A stretch of DNA of 64,000 nucleotides, taken from contig NC_043000.1 of assembly GCF_006345805.1 (NCBI RefSeq), forward strand, positions 32,612,001 through 32,676,000, given 5' to 3'. Position numbers and translations under genes: made by a program. Positions 13,068-25,749 of the stretch are shown here, one piece after another. Below the pieces are notes generated by a model. It saw nothing but the letters and a program-made list of their open reading frames with translations. It did not search any database and was not told the DNA's origin. Origin of the DNA: Octopus sinensis (Eukaryota). The stretch's first letter is position 1. Each line of letters starts with the position of its first letter.

Positions 13068-15114
13068 CATCATCATCATCATCGTTTAGCATCCGCTTTC
13101 CATGCTGGCATGGGTTGGATGGTGCAACTGGGGTCTGGGAAGCCAGAAGGCTGCACCAGGCCCAGTCTGATCTGGCAATGTTTCTACGGCTGGATGCCCT
13201 TCCTAATGCCAACCACTTCGAGAGTGTAGTGGGTGCTTTTTACGTGCCACCAGCACAGGTGCCAGACGAGGCTGGCAAATGGCTACGGTCGGATGGTGCT
13301 TTTTACATGCCACCGGCACGGAGGCCAGGCGAGGCTGGCAAATGGTCACGATCGGATGGTGCTTTTTACGTGCCACCGGCACGGAGGCCAGTCGGGGCGG
13401 CGCTGACAATGGCCATGTTCGGATGGTTCTCATATGTGCCACCGGCACTGGTATCACAGCTACAATTTTCATTCATGTCGATCGATTTTGATTTTTGATT
13501 TTTGATTTTTTGATTTTCACTTGCCTCAACAGGTCTTCACAAGTAGGGTTTTGTGCCCCAAGAAGGAAAGGTATGCATAAGTGGACTGAGGCCATGGGTG
13601 ATGGTCTCACTTGTCCTGCCGGGTCTTCTCACGCACAGCATACTTCCAAAGGTCTCGGTCTCTAGTCAATTCCTCGGTGAGACCTGAAGTTCGAAGGTCA
13701 TGCTTCACCACTTCATCCCAGGTTTTTCTGGGTCTGCCTCTTCCACAGGTTCCCTCAACAGCTAGGGTGTGGCACTTTTTCACACAACTATCTTCATCCA
13801 TTCTCGCCACATGGCCATACCAGCGCAGTCGTCTCTCTTGCACACCACAACTGATGCTTCTTAGGTCTAACTTCTCTCTCAAGGTACTTATACTCTGTCG
13901 AGTATGAACACTGACATTACACATCCATCGGAGCATACTGGCTTCATTTCTTGCGAGCTTACGCATATCCTCAGCAGTCACAGCCCATGTTTCACTGCCA
14001 TGTAGCATGGCTGTTCGTACACATGCATCATACAGTCTGCCTTTTACTCTGAGTGAGAGGCCTTTTGTCCCCAGCAGAGGTAAGAGCTCTCTGAACTTTG
14101 CCCAAGCTATTCTTACTCTAGCAGTTACACTTTCAAAACACCCGCCCCCGCTACTGACTTGGTCACCGAGGTAACGGAAGCTATCAACTATTTCTAGTTT
14201 TTCTCCCTGGAATGTGGCAGAAGTTGCTCTCTGCGCATTTTCAGTGTTTATTGCTCCTGAGCATCTGCCACATACAAAAACTATCTTCCTAGTTAGCCTT
14301 CCCTTGACGTTGCTGCACCTCTTGTGTGTCCATAGCTTACACTTGGTGCATCTTATAGAGTTTCTACCTATACCTTTCCTACAGATTGAGCAAGGCCATC
14401 TACCTGAAGGCGTTTGTGACTTGTCTACCTTCCTACTTATTAGGACTTTGGTTTTAGCTAGGTTGACACTAAGGCCCTTCGATTCTAATCCTTGCTTCCA
14501 CACCTGAAACTTCTCCTCCAGTTCTGATAGTGACTCAGCAATTAGAGCAAGGTCATCAGCATAGAGGAGCTCCCAGGGGCATCCTGTCTTGAATTCCTCC
14601 ATTATTGCCTGGAGGACTACGATAAATAGGAGGGGGCCGAGGGCTGAACCTTGGTGGACCCCTACCTCTACCCGGAATTCTTCACTGTACTCGTTGCCAA
14701 CCCTCACCTTACTAGCAGTGTCCCTGTACATGGCTTGTACAGCTCTCATTAACCATTCATTTATCCCTAGTTTCCTCATTGACCACCAGATAAGGGATCG
14801 GGGGACCCTGTTGAAGGCTTTCTCCATGTCAACGAAAGCCAGGTACAGGGGCTTATCTTTGGCTAGATATTTCTCCTGCAGCTGTCTTACCAGGAATATG
14901 GCATCAGTGGTGTTTTTCCCTGGCACGAATCCAAACTGCATCTCATCTAAACTAACTCTCTCTCTAATTAGTTGGGCTATGACCCTCTCCGTAACCTTCA
15001 TTACCTGATCCAACAGCTTGATACCTCTGTAATTATTTGTATCTAGGGTGTCACTTTTACCTTTGTAGCAGTTGACTATTATGCTGCTACACCAGTCATT
15101 GGGTATGACTCCTT
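13068..15114 (-). mobile_element. Young 5'-truncated RTE-clade LINE (ORF2 remnant plus complete 3' UTR)
   Basis: About 500 uninterrupted codons (15110 to the stop at 13607) with RT motifs NYRGIKLL, MQFGFVPG, FVDMEKAF, GVHQGSAL, LLYADDL and the RTE C-terminus RRLRWYGHVARM...GRGRPRKTW. The 3' UTR ends in (GAT)n. Possible TSD catacat (13061-67 / 15115-21). No endonuclease domain. Confidence 0.95.
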
Positions 15115-15116
15115 CA

Positions 15117-15255
15117 TACATATGTATGTACATACATACAAACAAAAATATCCTGTTGTTGATGTTGAAATTCCAATGAAGGAGCCTTGGATCTAGGTTA
15201 GAAACCAGCTCTTTCTCTATTGGCAAGAAATCTTGGAATAAAACTGAACAATGAC
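15117..15255 (-). repeat. Short (TATG)n-tailed interspersed repeat
   Basis: A second copy in + orientation lies at 18400-18548 (ttcagttttatttcaagatttcttgccaatag...caacaacggtatttttgtttgtatgtatg). Confidence 0.75.
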
Positions 15256-15835
15256 ACGCACATGCACACACACACACACACACACACATGGCATGGTGAA
15301 AATTTGTAAGATGTTCCAAGAATTCTCCATCTGAGATTCTTATGTGAACAGATGCACATACATACATACATACATACATACATAATTTGTAGAATGTGGA
15401 ATATGTTCCATCATTATTGTCCAAACAATGCTGAAATCAAATTCGCAAGTCATCCAAAGCTTGGCCCCAGAGTCATACACACCCCTTACAAAAACTGAAC
15501 ACACATCACATAACTACACTGTGGCAACTTTTTTCCATCTCAACTGGTCTTGCATAGTCAATAATATTTTGAAAGAAATCAAAGAAAAAGACCCCATGAC
15601 ATTCAAACTGGATAAATTTGTCCAAGAAACGCCACACAAATTCCTGATGCCGGGATACATTTTGGCAATCAACTCTTTGCTATACCTCTACCTACCAAAT
15701 CTATAACCCAGATCTTCATCCCCCTCAAACAATTACCCCTGCCACCAGCATGTCTTCACTACTCTGCACCATGAATATTAACTGAGCCAAGTCTCCAAGA
15801 ACTACACACATCAGTTGTTAGTTGTCAGGATACTG

Positions 15836-16262
15836 TCATCATCATCATCGTTTAACGTCCGCTTTCCATGCTAGCATGGGTTGGACGATTTTGACTGAGG
15901 GCTGGCAAACCAGATGGCTACACCAGGCCCCAATCTTGATCTGGCAGAGTTTCTACAGCTGGATGCCTTTCCTAATGCCAACCACTCCGAGAGTATAGTG
16001 GGTGCTTTTTACATGCCACCTGCACGGGGCCAGTCAGGCAGTACTGGCAATGACATCGCTTGAATCATTTTACAAATGCCACCAACACAGGTGCCAGTAA
16101 GGCGACGTTGGTAACGATCACACTCGAATGGTGCTCTTTTACGTGCCACCAGTACGGAAGCCAGTTGGCTGCTCTGGCAACAATCATGCTCGGATAGTGC
16201 TCTTGGCACCCTACTAGCACAAGCACAAGTGTCAGTAAGGCGACGCTGGTAACGATCACATT
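15836..16262 (-). mobile_element. RTE 3'-end fragment with several tandem 3' UTR units
   Basis: Same family as 13068-13606. Confidence 0.85.
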
Positions 16263-17279
16263 GGCATGGAAGCCGGTTAGCCACTCAGTCAACAATCACA
16301 CTTGTATGGTGTATCCTGCAATAATTCCATGCTTCCTGAAATTCATTGACACTGTTCCCTTTTCTGTTGTTTTGTGTTTTATTCAGTGTATTGTGCATGT
16401 ACTTCTAGCTCTCATTGTTCTCTTTATTTGCTTTGCATGTCTCCCTTCTGTCCCCTCTTTTAGCCTTTTCCAATGAGCTGCAATGCACCTGGGTCCTTTA
16501 TAGAATAAGCTATTTATTAACTGAAGTGGTCCGGTTAACCAGAGTGTTTGACAACCATTGTAAGTCTTGAGTTGAAATCTGCTGACTGTATTTTGTGTTT
16601 GAGCAACACATTCTATATAGGGCATGGGCACAGGCATATTTGTGAGGTAAAGCCATTCACTTGCAACTCACTGGGTTTTGGGTTCAATCCCACTGCATGG
16701 AATTTTAAACAAGTGTCTTCTACCATGGCCTTGAATTCAACCAAGTTTTGTCCACAAAATTTGATAAGTAGAAACTGCATGGAAGCCCATCAAATGTAGA
16801 ACTCTGATTTGTGGTAGGGGTGGGGGTGGCGTTAGGGAGGTTTAATCTTTCACCTGGTTCAGTGACCTCACTTTTTACCAGAAACCATTCTGTTGTAATC
16901 ATTCAGTGCCAGGTGTTCCAATTTGAGAACTTTCTTTCCCCACCCCTCACCGTCACCTCTGACTAATCTTCATGGCTCAGTCTACCTGGCTGTCAAGTGG
17001 AGCTACTTATGAGGATGCTACAATTTATAAACTGACTTTCATTTCAGGTCCTCCTCCTCCTCCTCCCCCTGTCACCATAAAATTAGAACTAAGCACTGGT
17101 TCTTTTAAGATGTCTCTCAGCTTAGGAGAGGTTAGCGTTAGGGCTTACCCCAGCCCCACTCTTTCACACTCTGGAAGGACTGAAAAAGGCTATGGGTTGT
17201 ACACCTCTTGCTCTTGATGATCACTGAAAGTAAAACTGTTGTTTGTTAAAAGATAGAAGTTAGGTAGTGGTGGTCAACT

Positions 17280-18310
17280 AGGCTACCTCCAAAGAAATAC
17301 AAATAATGAGTGATGTCCCACAGGGCTCTGTCTTGATGCCACTGTTATCATAATGGCCCCCCCTCGGACATGATCCCAACTGCTCATATAGCCACCCTTG
17401 TTATCTATACCAATGATACAAAGGTGTCTCAGAGGATACAGAACCTTGAAGATGTTGTGTATCTGCAACAGGAGTTGAACGCAACATACAGGTGGGTTGA
17501 GGACAATATCATGCAATTTAATGCTGGAAAATTCCAAGCCCTGCACTACCAATGCATGGAGCTGAATGAAATGCAGACAGGATGCATTGGCCCAGGAGGA
17601 ATTGCAATGCCTGAATCAAAATCAGTGTACGATCTGGGTACTGACATGAGTAATGATACATCTTTTTATATGTATATTACTAAGTTAGCAACAAAATGCA
17701 GATGGCCAGCCAGATGCATCCTTAGAACTTTCAGAATGAGAGAACTGGAAACTGTGGTGGTCCTCTGGAGGACATTTGTCCTCAGCCATTTTGATAACTG
17801 CTCCCAATTATGGTTGTCACACAGTGTAAAATTAATGACAGAACTCGAAGGAATCCAGAGAAGCTACCCAAAGAAGATCGTCTCAATGTAACATGTCAAC
17901 AACTAAGAGAGATTGAAAAAGTTAAGATTCTACTCTCAAGAATGAAGGCGGGAAAGATATGCAGTGATATACACGTGGAAAATCCTAGAAGAGCTTGTAC
18001 CAAACTTTGGCATTGAAAGATAAACAAACAGTAGAATAGGGTGCCACTGTATAGTACCACAAACCACAATATTGCTGTCAGAGTACAGGACCAGATACTA
18101 CAGCAGCTTGGGCTTCAAGTGCCCACAGCTCTTCAATATTCTTCCATAAGTCCTGAGAGAGCTGCATGGCATGGGTGTAGGTGCTTCCAAAACAAAACTG
18201 GATCACCTCCTGTCAAAAGTTCCAGATGAACCTACCTTACAGCAAAAAATGTAGATGAGGGCAGCAACATCAAACTCCCTTTTTCATCAAATGCCTCACA
18301 TCAGAGGTTT
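17280..18310 (+). mobile_element. Decayed CR1/L2-type LINE, RT C-terminal region
   Basis: VPQGSVL-like segment, then YTNDTK (FADDTK)...LQQELNATYRWVEDNIMQFNAGKFQAL...YDLGTDMSND...FVLSHFDNCSQLW...ELEGIQRSY. Confidence 0.8.
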
Positions 18311-18719
18311 CAAGTAGTGGCAATATAGCAAAGCTAATAATGGTGTCCTAGCATGGTCACAGCTCTCAAATTGGAACTTGCAAAGAAAGATGTCTGTGTG
18401 TATGTGTCCATTATTCAGTTTTATTTCAAGATTTCTTGCCAATAGTGAAAGAGCCAGTTTCGAACCTAGATCCAAGGCTCCTTCATTAGAATTTCAACAT
18501 CAACAACGGTATTTTTGTTTGTATGTATGTATGTATGTATGTATGTATATAAGCAGATTTGTGTTTTGTTTTATGTATGTATTCTCATGCATATAGTTGC
18601 ATATCTAGACATGTTCATATATATTTAAATGATAAACTTCTGAAAAGTTATACAGATTTTTATAGTTCTAGTGATGAATCAGCTTTCTCCTTTCTGGTTT
18701 TGAGAAGGCTAATTTCTCA

Positions 18720-19350
18720 AGATTGATTTTTAGGCAGTGTTACATCTCAGAGCCCCAATAATTACAGGTATAAACCTGAACTTGTAATCGGGATTGAGTA
18801 ACTGCAGATTTCTCAATTGTTCAGCATAAGTGTTCTCTTTTTCACTGATTTTCAACTTTATGTTAACATCAACTGGGCAGCTGATTTTCACAACTGTGCG
18901 CAGTTTTCCTTTTCTATCCCAAATCACTATATCAGGTCTGTTGTGCTTACATTTCATTGAGGTCTTCACTGGGACATTCCACTAGTATTCCTTTTTATTA
19001 TGAGTGGCTATGGCTTTTACCATGCTGTGGGTTCTTATTTCTTTGTCCTTGGGGTTATCCTTCCAACGGATTTCATTATAGACTGTCCTAGCTACAATAT
19101 GTCTCATCAGTAGATAATACCACGATGGCATTTTCAGACAATTGCTTATGATGTGGGTGTTATCTTTTGGGCTAACTCCACAAAGTCTGCATTGGTTATC
19201 ATAATTTATGGCTTTTCCTGCATTTCTGTCCCTTTTGTGCATCAGGTTGAGACCCCCTTTGGTCATGACTGACCGTGGGATTGTACCTAGAAAGTTAACA
19301 TCCCAGGCACAAGTCTGGGCAAGGTGGTTTATGGAAGACCAGCAGTCGTC
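18720..19350 (-). mobile_element. R4/Dong-like non-LTR element, zinc knuckle plus restriction-like endonuclease relic
   Basis: CRLCGVSPKDNTHIISNC...RH.VA (CCHC knuckle) followed by HNRPDIVIWD...ISCPVDVNI...EKENTY...IPVIIGAL. Confidence 0.75.
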
Positions 19351-20059
19351 CATGCATACCAGCCTCCCCTCTCCCTGCCACCAGTGTTATCCAAGGGAAA
19401 GGCAAAGGGGCTGATACAGCTTGGCACCTGTGACGTCGCAACTCATTTCTACAGCTGAATGAACTGGAGCAACGTGAAATAAAGTGTCCTGCTCAAGAAC
19501 ACAACACGCAGCCTGGTCCGGGATTCGAGCTCACAACCTCATGATCATTAGCTCGACGCCCTAACCACTGAGCCATGCACCTTCACATAAGGTATTTGTG
19601 CATCAGGTATTTGGTTGATATTTCCTGTTCCTAGATTGCAAACGCATACCCTTCAAAGTGGAAGGTAGCAATCCGGCTATTGGTCCATGATAGACTGCTT
19701 TGATGATCGATGTTACTTTCATCTCGGAGCTTTCTACTAACATCCATGCATGTATGTGTGTGTATGTATATTTGTGAGTGTATGTATATGTGTGTGTGTA
19801 TGAATATTTGTATGTGTCTATGTAGGTATATTTGTGTGTATGTCTTTGTGTTTGATCCCACCACCACATGACAACTAGAGTTGGTTTGTTTACATCCCTA
19901 TAACTTACTGGTTTGATAAAAGAGACTAACAGAGTAAGGTACCAAACTCAGAAAGGATTACCAGGGGCAATTTATTCAATCAAACTCTCGAAGGTGATGC
20001 CTCACCATGGCAACAGTCCAACAACAAAAACAAGTAAAAAACAAACAATTGTAATTTAA

Positions 20060-20407
20060 AACAGCGATCATTGCCAGAGCAGCCAACTGGCTCCCGTGCC
20101 GGTGGCATGTAAAAGGACACCATTTGAGCGTGATTGTTACCAACATCGCCTTACTGGCACCTGTGCTAGTGGCATTCGAGTGAGATCGTTGCCAGTACTG
20201 CCTGACTGGCCCCCATGCCAGTGGCACATAAAAAGCACCCACTACACTCTCGGAGTGGTTGGCATTAGGAAGGGCATCCAGCCGTAGAAACTCTGCCAAA
20301 TCAAGATTGGAGCCTGGTGCAGCCATCTGGTTTGCCAGCCTTCAGTCAAAATCGTCCAACCCATGCTAGCATGGAAAGCGGACGTTAAACAATGATGATG
20401 ATGATGA
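20060..20407 (+). mobile_element. RTE 3'-end fragment
   Basis: gtgccggtggcatgtaaaag units, tggttggcattaggaagggcatccag, (GAT)n tail. Confidence 0.85.
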
Positions 20408-23400
20408 AGGTTTTAAGTATGTCCTGCATTGATATAAAAGATGGAGAAACGCTCCAGAGCAGCAGAATGTGATGGTTGATATGTTGAAGGAAGTGACTTA
20501 AATAAGAGGCACTTAAAAAACGGGAGTGACTTCATTTGTAAGGATGGCAGATTGAGGAGTGGCATAGCAGCGGAGATGGTTATGAAATTTTTGTTAGTTA
20601 GAGAGCATTTTCAAGTCTGATTCTTGTCGTTCCATTGGGCAATGTTTGATTTAAAATATGTCTTTTATTGTCTCAAACTGAAAGAACCAGGCAGAGAGAG
20701 AGAGAGGAGAAAAAAGAATTTGGAATTAGTTCATAGTTATAGTTCAATGCCTTGATTGGTAGTGTCTCTCTTCAGATTTAAATGTGTGTGTGTGTATATG
20801 ATTAAGAAGCAATCCTTTGAGTTCTGTGTTAGAGTAAACAGAATGCTTAAATTGTTTGATGCCACATTTTATTAATAAGTGTCCTTTATTTTTAATATAC
20901 GAGTTAAAGCTAGTTAAAGTGTTGCCATATTTTGTTTGTGGTCAGCGATTTGTTGCTTTTGTTATTCAGCCAGAGGTCACCACTAATCACAGGCACTCCA
21001 TCTACCACAATTTCATTGTTTTCCTAAGAGTATCTGTGAAATCCCATCAACTAATGTGTTGTATTTTGAATAAAATGTAATGTTATTTGAGAGAGATTTG
21101 GCTGCTATTTCTAGCAGATTGCACAACCTCAAACAGACTCTCTCATTGACCTGTTGTTAAAACTGATGTATTATGGACTTCATTAGGTTTTGTTTGTGCT
21201 TCAAATAGAGTAAAATATGTTGAAAGAACACAACACAGTAGAGGCATCTGATCCAGGCTATAACCGTTGTGTGGTCAATATAAAGAGGTCAGTGCGTGTA
21301 GTGGTTGTGAGGCTAAGGTGCTGAACTGCTGAGCACATAATCATAGGTTCAAACCTTAGATTATTCAATGTGTTGATCTCTTGAGCAAGACATATAACTC
21401 TACTCACCTCAAATATCTTACACACAAACGTCTAAGTGCTTAGTAACAAGAAATACATCTTTCTATATAAAAGCATTTCTTCTATGCCAAAGTACAAATA
21501 TGCGAAAACCATTCCTTACATGTCTGTAGTGGAAAATAGATGAAAAGAATAATGAGAGACTTTACTGGAAAAAAGGCACCAGTTTCTGTTGGTTGTTGTT
21601 AGAAACAGCTACAAAATAGATTTCAAAATTTGTATGCCCATTTAACCCACAGTTAAATTAAAAAAAGAAAACAGAGGAAATCCTTTTCCCCCTTTTTCTT
21701 TCCTGTTTTCTTTTTGTTTCCACTTTATTTTCTTCTATTCATAATTCCCAAATTATTTCAGATTCGGTCTCTTCTTGTTGTGACCATGTTGCCATTCAAA
21801 GCACCATTCCTCATTCAAAACTGACAACTTTTACAAAACATGATTTCTTGCATGATATTCAGAATGTGTCAAGCCTTGAGGCAAGAATTAGGCCAAGTGT
21901 TTGTCCACCATTTCTCTGCAAGAATCATGGAAGGAGCACTCTCTTCCAAATATCTATGGAAATTTTTGTATCTATTGAAATTCAGAGATGTTTTTTATAG
22001 AATTTTAAATAATCTCACACAAATGGTTCCATCTTCTTTGGTGTGGAACTATCAATTTATTTTGTCTCCAAAGGGTTAAAACAAGATCAGAAGAATGTTT
22101 TCTTTCAAATACTATAATTAACACTATATTTTAAATATCTTAATTAAATATCGTAATTAACACAGTACAAATGAATGAAAGATCTAATTATATAAGGAAA
22201 ATACTATTTTATAAAAGACCAAAAAATTGGTAGTTCTTGAAAAAGAAATGATTTTCTCTCTTTAAAAGCTTTGGAATTCTTTCTGGCATAAATTCAGGAA
22301 ATATTATCTTTTACTGTTTACATTGTCTTCTTTGGTATAACATGTGTACTCTGTGACTCGGTCAAAGCCAGTTAAACAAAGAACTCTCGCTGTAAATAGA
22401 GATTATCCTTGTAGCTTAATGTCAGAATTGATTTTGTCCATCAGAGCTTTTGTCCCACAAAAGTCAGCAATGGCTGATTGTGATGTCGCTAGTCTTTGTT
22501 CCGACTGACCCAAAACGTCCTTCAAGGTTTACCGGAGGAAAACAAAAGTACAGCAGCAACAAGGTTGTCTTCATTAGACCCAATACACCACCACCACGCC
22601 ATCATCATCATCATCATCATCATCATTTAACTGTTCCATGCTGGCATGGGTTGGACAGTTTGACAGGATCCGAATAGCCAGAGAACTGCATCAAGCTCCT
22701 GTGTCTGCATTGCTGGGTCATAGTGCTAGTATGTTATATTTGTATGAGAAAAGTATAAGAGTTGAGAAATAGCAGGAAATGGTTTTTGTAGAGAAATCAC
22801 ACATCCAAACAGTAGACTGGAAAACTAATGCCAAAACTTTTCTGCATCTCCTGTTGGGGGATGGACTCCCCACTTGAAGATGACATATGAGTATTCAGGT
22901 GTTTCTGCTGAATGAACTGCATAAATGTATGTGTTGTACATTATCTCACTCTCTCCAGCAAATCGAAATTGCCTGAACAGGTGCACAAGTGCTTTCCATG
23001 CTGGCATGGGTTGGACAGTTTGACTGAGCTGTGATAGTCTAGAAGCCAGAAAAGTTCCAGTCAAAAGTAATTTTATAAAAAGTATGACTTTACTTCTAAT
23101 ACTGAGTTTCTTCAAGCTGGGCAGAATCATTACTGCACCAGACTGAATGCTTAGCAGTATTTCTTCTGACTTAACGTTCTGAGTTCAAATGCTGTTGGGG
23201 TCGATTTTGCTTTTAATCCTTTCGGGGTCAATAAAATAAGTACCAGTTGAACACTTGGGGAGGGGGGGATCGATGAAATCGACTTAGCCCCTCCCCTCCC
23301 CCGAAATTGGGCATTGTGCCAATATCTGTAAACCCACATTGGTTCTTCTCATTGTTGTTATTCTTAAACTTGTTTAGGAATAACTTTACATGAACTTATA

Positions 23401-23719
23401 CAATGAACGACGTATAACCTTTATTTCTTATCGTGCTGCAAGCTTAGTTTTTAGGGCATTTGAATGGCCTAGTAGAAAGATCAACAACTGGGAGCCATAT
23501 GGCCCCAGCAGAGAGCTGTAGCAGTGTTTTTAGGGCCGGGTGCAAAAATGTATAACTAAAAAATAAATAGAAACTAGTGTGTATGGGTGCAGAAGAAATT
23601 TACGTGAAACGCAACTTTGGTATAATTCTCACATTTAATTTTTTTATATTAACAAGTTCAGTGAAATAAAATTTGAATCTTGAGATAATTTGCTGCTATA
23701 TAATCTTTTTTCCTACTTT

Positions 23720-24100
23720 AGGTACAAGAGCTGAAATTTAGGGTAGGGGGACTTGTCGATTACATCGATCCCAGCGTTTCACTAGTACTTAATTTATTGA
23801 CTCCGAAAGGATGAAAGGCAAAGTCGACCTTGGCAGAATTTGAACTCAGAACGTAACGACAGACGAAATACCTATTTCTTTATTACCCACAAGGGGCTAA
23901 ACACAGAAGGGGGACAAACAAGAACAGTCAAACGGATTAAGTCAATTACATCGACTCCAGTGCGTAACTGGTACTTAATTTATCGACCCCGAAAGGATGA
24001 AAGGCAAAGTCGACCTCGGCGGAATTTGAACTCAGAACGTAACGCAGACGAAATACCGCTAAGCATTTCGCCCGTGCTAATGTTTCAGCCATCTCGCCAC
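23720..24100 (-). mobile_element. Dimeric SINE family 1
   Basis: Same head-unit plus headless-unit architecture and gaaatagg|tatttc junction as 9907-10285. Confidence 0.85.
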
Positions 24101-24974
24101 CTTTTTAATAACTAAATCTGAGCTGAAATACAAGACCATCTCGTAGATAAAACTTTCAACAAATTTATTAATTACGCAATAATGAGCATGTGTGTCTATT
24201 AAAACAAACTAGCATTTACTCAAAAAATTTATAAACCAGAAAGTTGGCTAGATCTGCTAGAAATAGCAACCAAATTGCTCTTAGAGCACAGACTAACGTA
24301 GTCCAAAATACAGTTTTCCTGAAAACATGACACGTTAGTCCCAAATGGAAAATATTTCAACCTAGATCTATTCAATCAGGGCTCACCGAGACTAAAGGAG
24401 CCAACATGTACATAAAGCATTCCCCACGGTGGAACCTCTACGTGGTCTCTACATTTGCTAGAAACGATAGCCAAGTCTCCCTCTTATCTAATGTACCCCA
24501 TAGAAGCACGGGAGCGATTTTCGTTTCCCCTCATTTTCAGTAATTTTTCTATTTTCCCTTTCATTTGCAATTTCTGATCTATATTTTAAACATCTGGGAT
24601 TATAAGTTAAAAAAAAAAACGTAACTTTTTAAAATATAAAGCTTGAACAAAATTTCGGAAAAAAAAAGGTGAAAACCGAAAAATTACGGGAAAAGAGGGT
24701 GGAGGACCCCTATTTTCTTTGCAGAATCTTGCTCTACAGTGCTTAAAACATACGCATAAAAATTACTGTTTTGGGAGTACTAGATAATTTCCGACTCTAT
24801 TCTACAGGAATACGCACTGTAGTTAAAAAACAAAAACAAAAAAAAACGACTACGTTAGATACTGTTATCCAAGATAGACAATTTTCGTAAATAAGATGGG
24901 ATAGTCACAGCTGGAAAGCCTTTGATAGTAGCTCCGCTTTATTGGGTTGACAGAAGATTAAACAAATATACATC

Positions 24975-25190
24975 GAAAGCTAACGAGGGAGTCTCTACAT
25001 GGTCGCTGGGGATATTAGAAATAGCAGCTAAATTTCACTCAAATCACATCCTACAATCTTAGAAAAAAGACAGTATAAAATGATCTTGGATTCCCTATGC
25101 ACGGGGAAAAAAATAATAGGATGGTCATGGCTAGAACGACTCTGATCAAAGGCTTACTCGATCATAGCTGACCTGGGGTTAAACAACCTC
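24975..25190 (+). repeat. Interspersed repeat family with core gctagaaatagcagccaaatctccctcaaatcacacc and 3' end gctgacctggggctaaacaac
   Basis: Degenerate copies at about 21085-21150 (-), 24245-24300, 24430-24490, 26935-27010, 32205-32470, 48225-48400 and 58725-58850. Confidence 0.7.
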
Positions 25191-25439
25191 CTGTGCAGCA
25201 GTCTCAGGCAGAAAAGAGGTATTTAAAATATATGACAGCCTGGTATAGTTCACAGTTGACAAATTACTCTGGCCTAGATACATTCACTTAATGCCGTTAT
25301 TTTCCCCTGCAGCACACAAGGCAACGGGAAACGACATTTCTGATAGGTTTGTCTTTCAAAAAGACGTCTATAAAACTAATTCTAGCAGGGAATTTGGTGG
25401 AAAGTGAGGATGTTTGTTTAGAGAGAAATCTCCCAGATC

Positions 25440-25749
25440 TGGAACCGTTCTAATTTTGGTCAAAATCCCGGAAGTCTGTGTCTGGAAAAGGGAGAAATCA
25501 TTTCTGTAGAAATGTAAACGTCACTTGCTGCCTTCGTCGTCACCATCTCCTCTAACATCCATCCTTGTTATTCTTCTTTTTAGAACTGCTCCCTTTTCTT
25601 TTATACACTTTAACCCCCTTTTTTTCCCTCCTCCCTCATCGACGTTGCTGTCGGTGCAGTTGTATAATTCAAAGGGTTTTTTCTTTTGCTGCAACCTACA
25701 TCTATTATTTCAGGCCCTCACATTTAGTCTACTGTCTTGCAAGGTAAGC
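25440..25749 (+). promoter_or_regulatory. Candidate promoter and non-coding first exon
   Basis: ETS-type CCGGAAGT at about 25468, CRE-like half site (aacgtcac), CpG-containing non-repeat sequence, ending in a CAAG|gtaagc donor at 25743/44. Confidence 0.35.

Noticed and set aside
13607-15424. 605-aa ORF as a complete gene
   Set aside because: The first roughly 100 residues come from microsatellite and unrelated repeat sequence. Only about 15110-13607 is RTE ORF2, and it is 5'-truncated.
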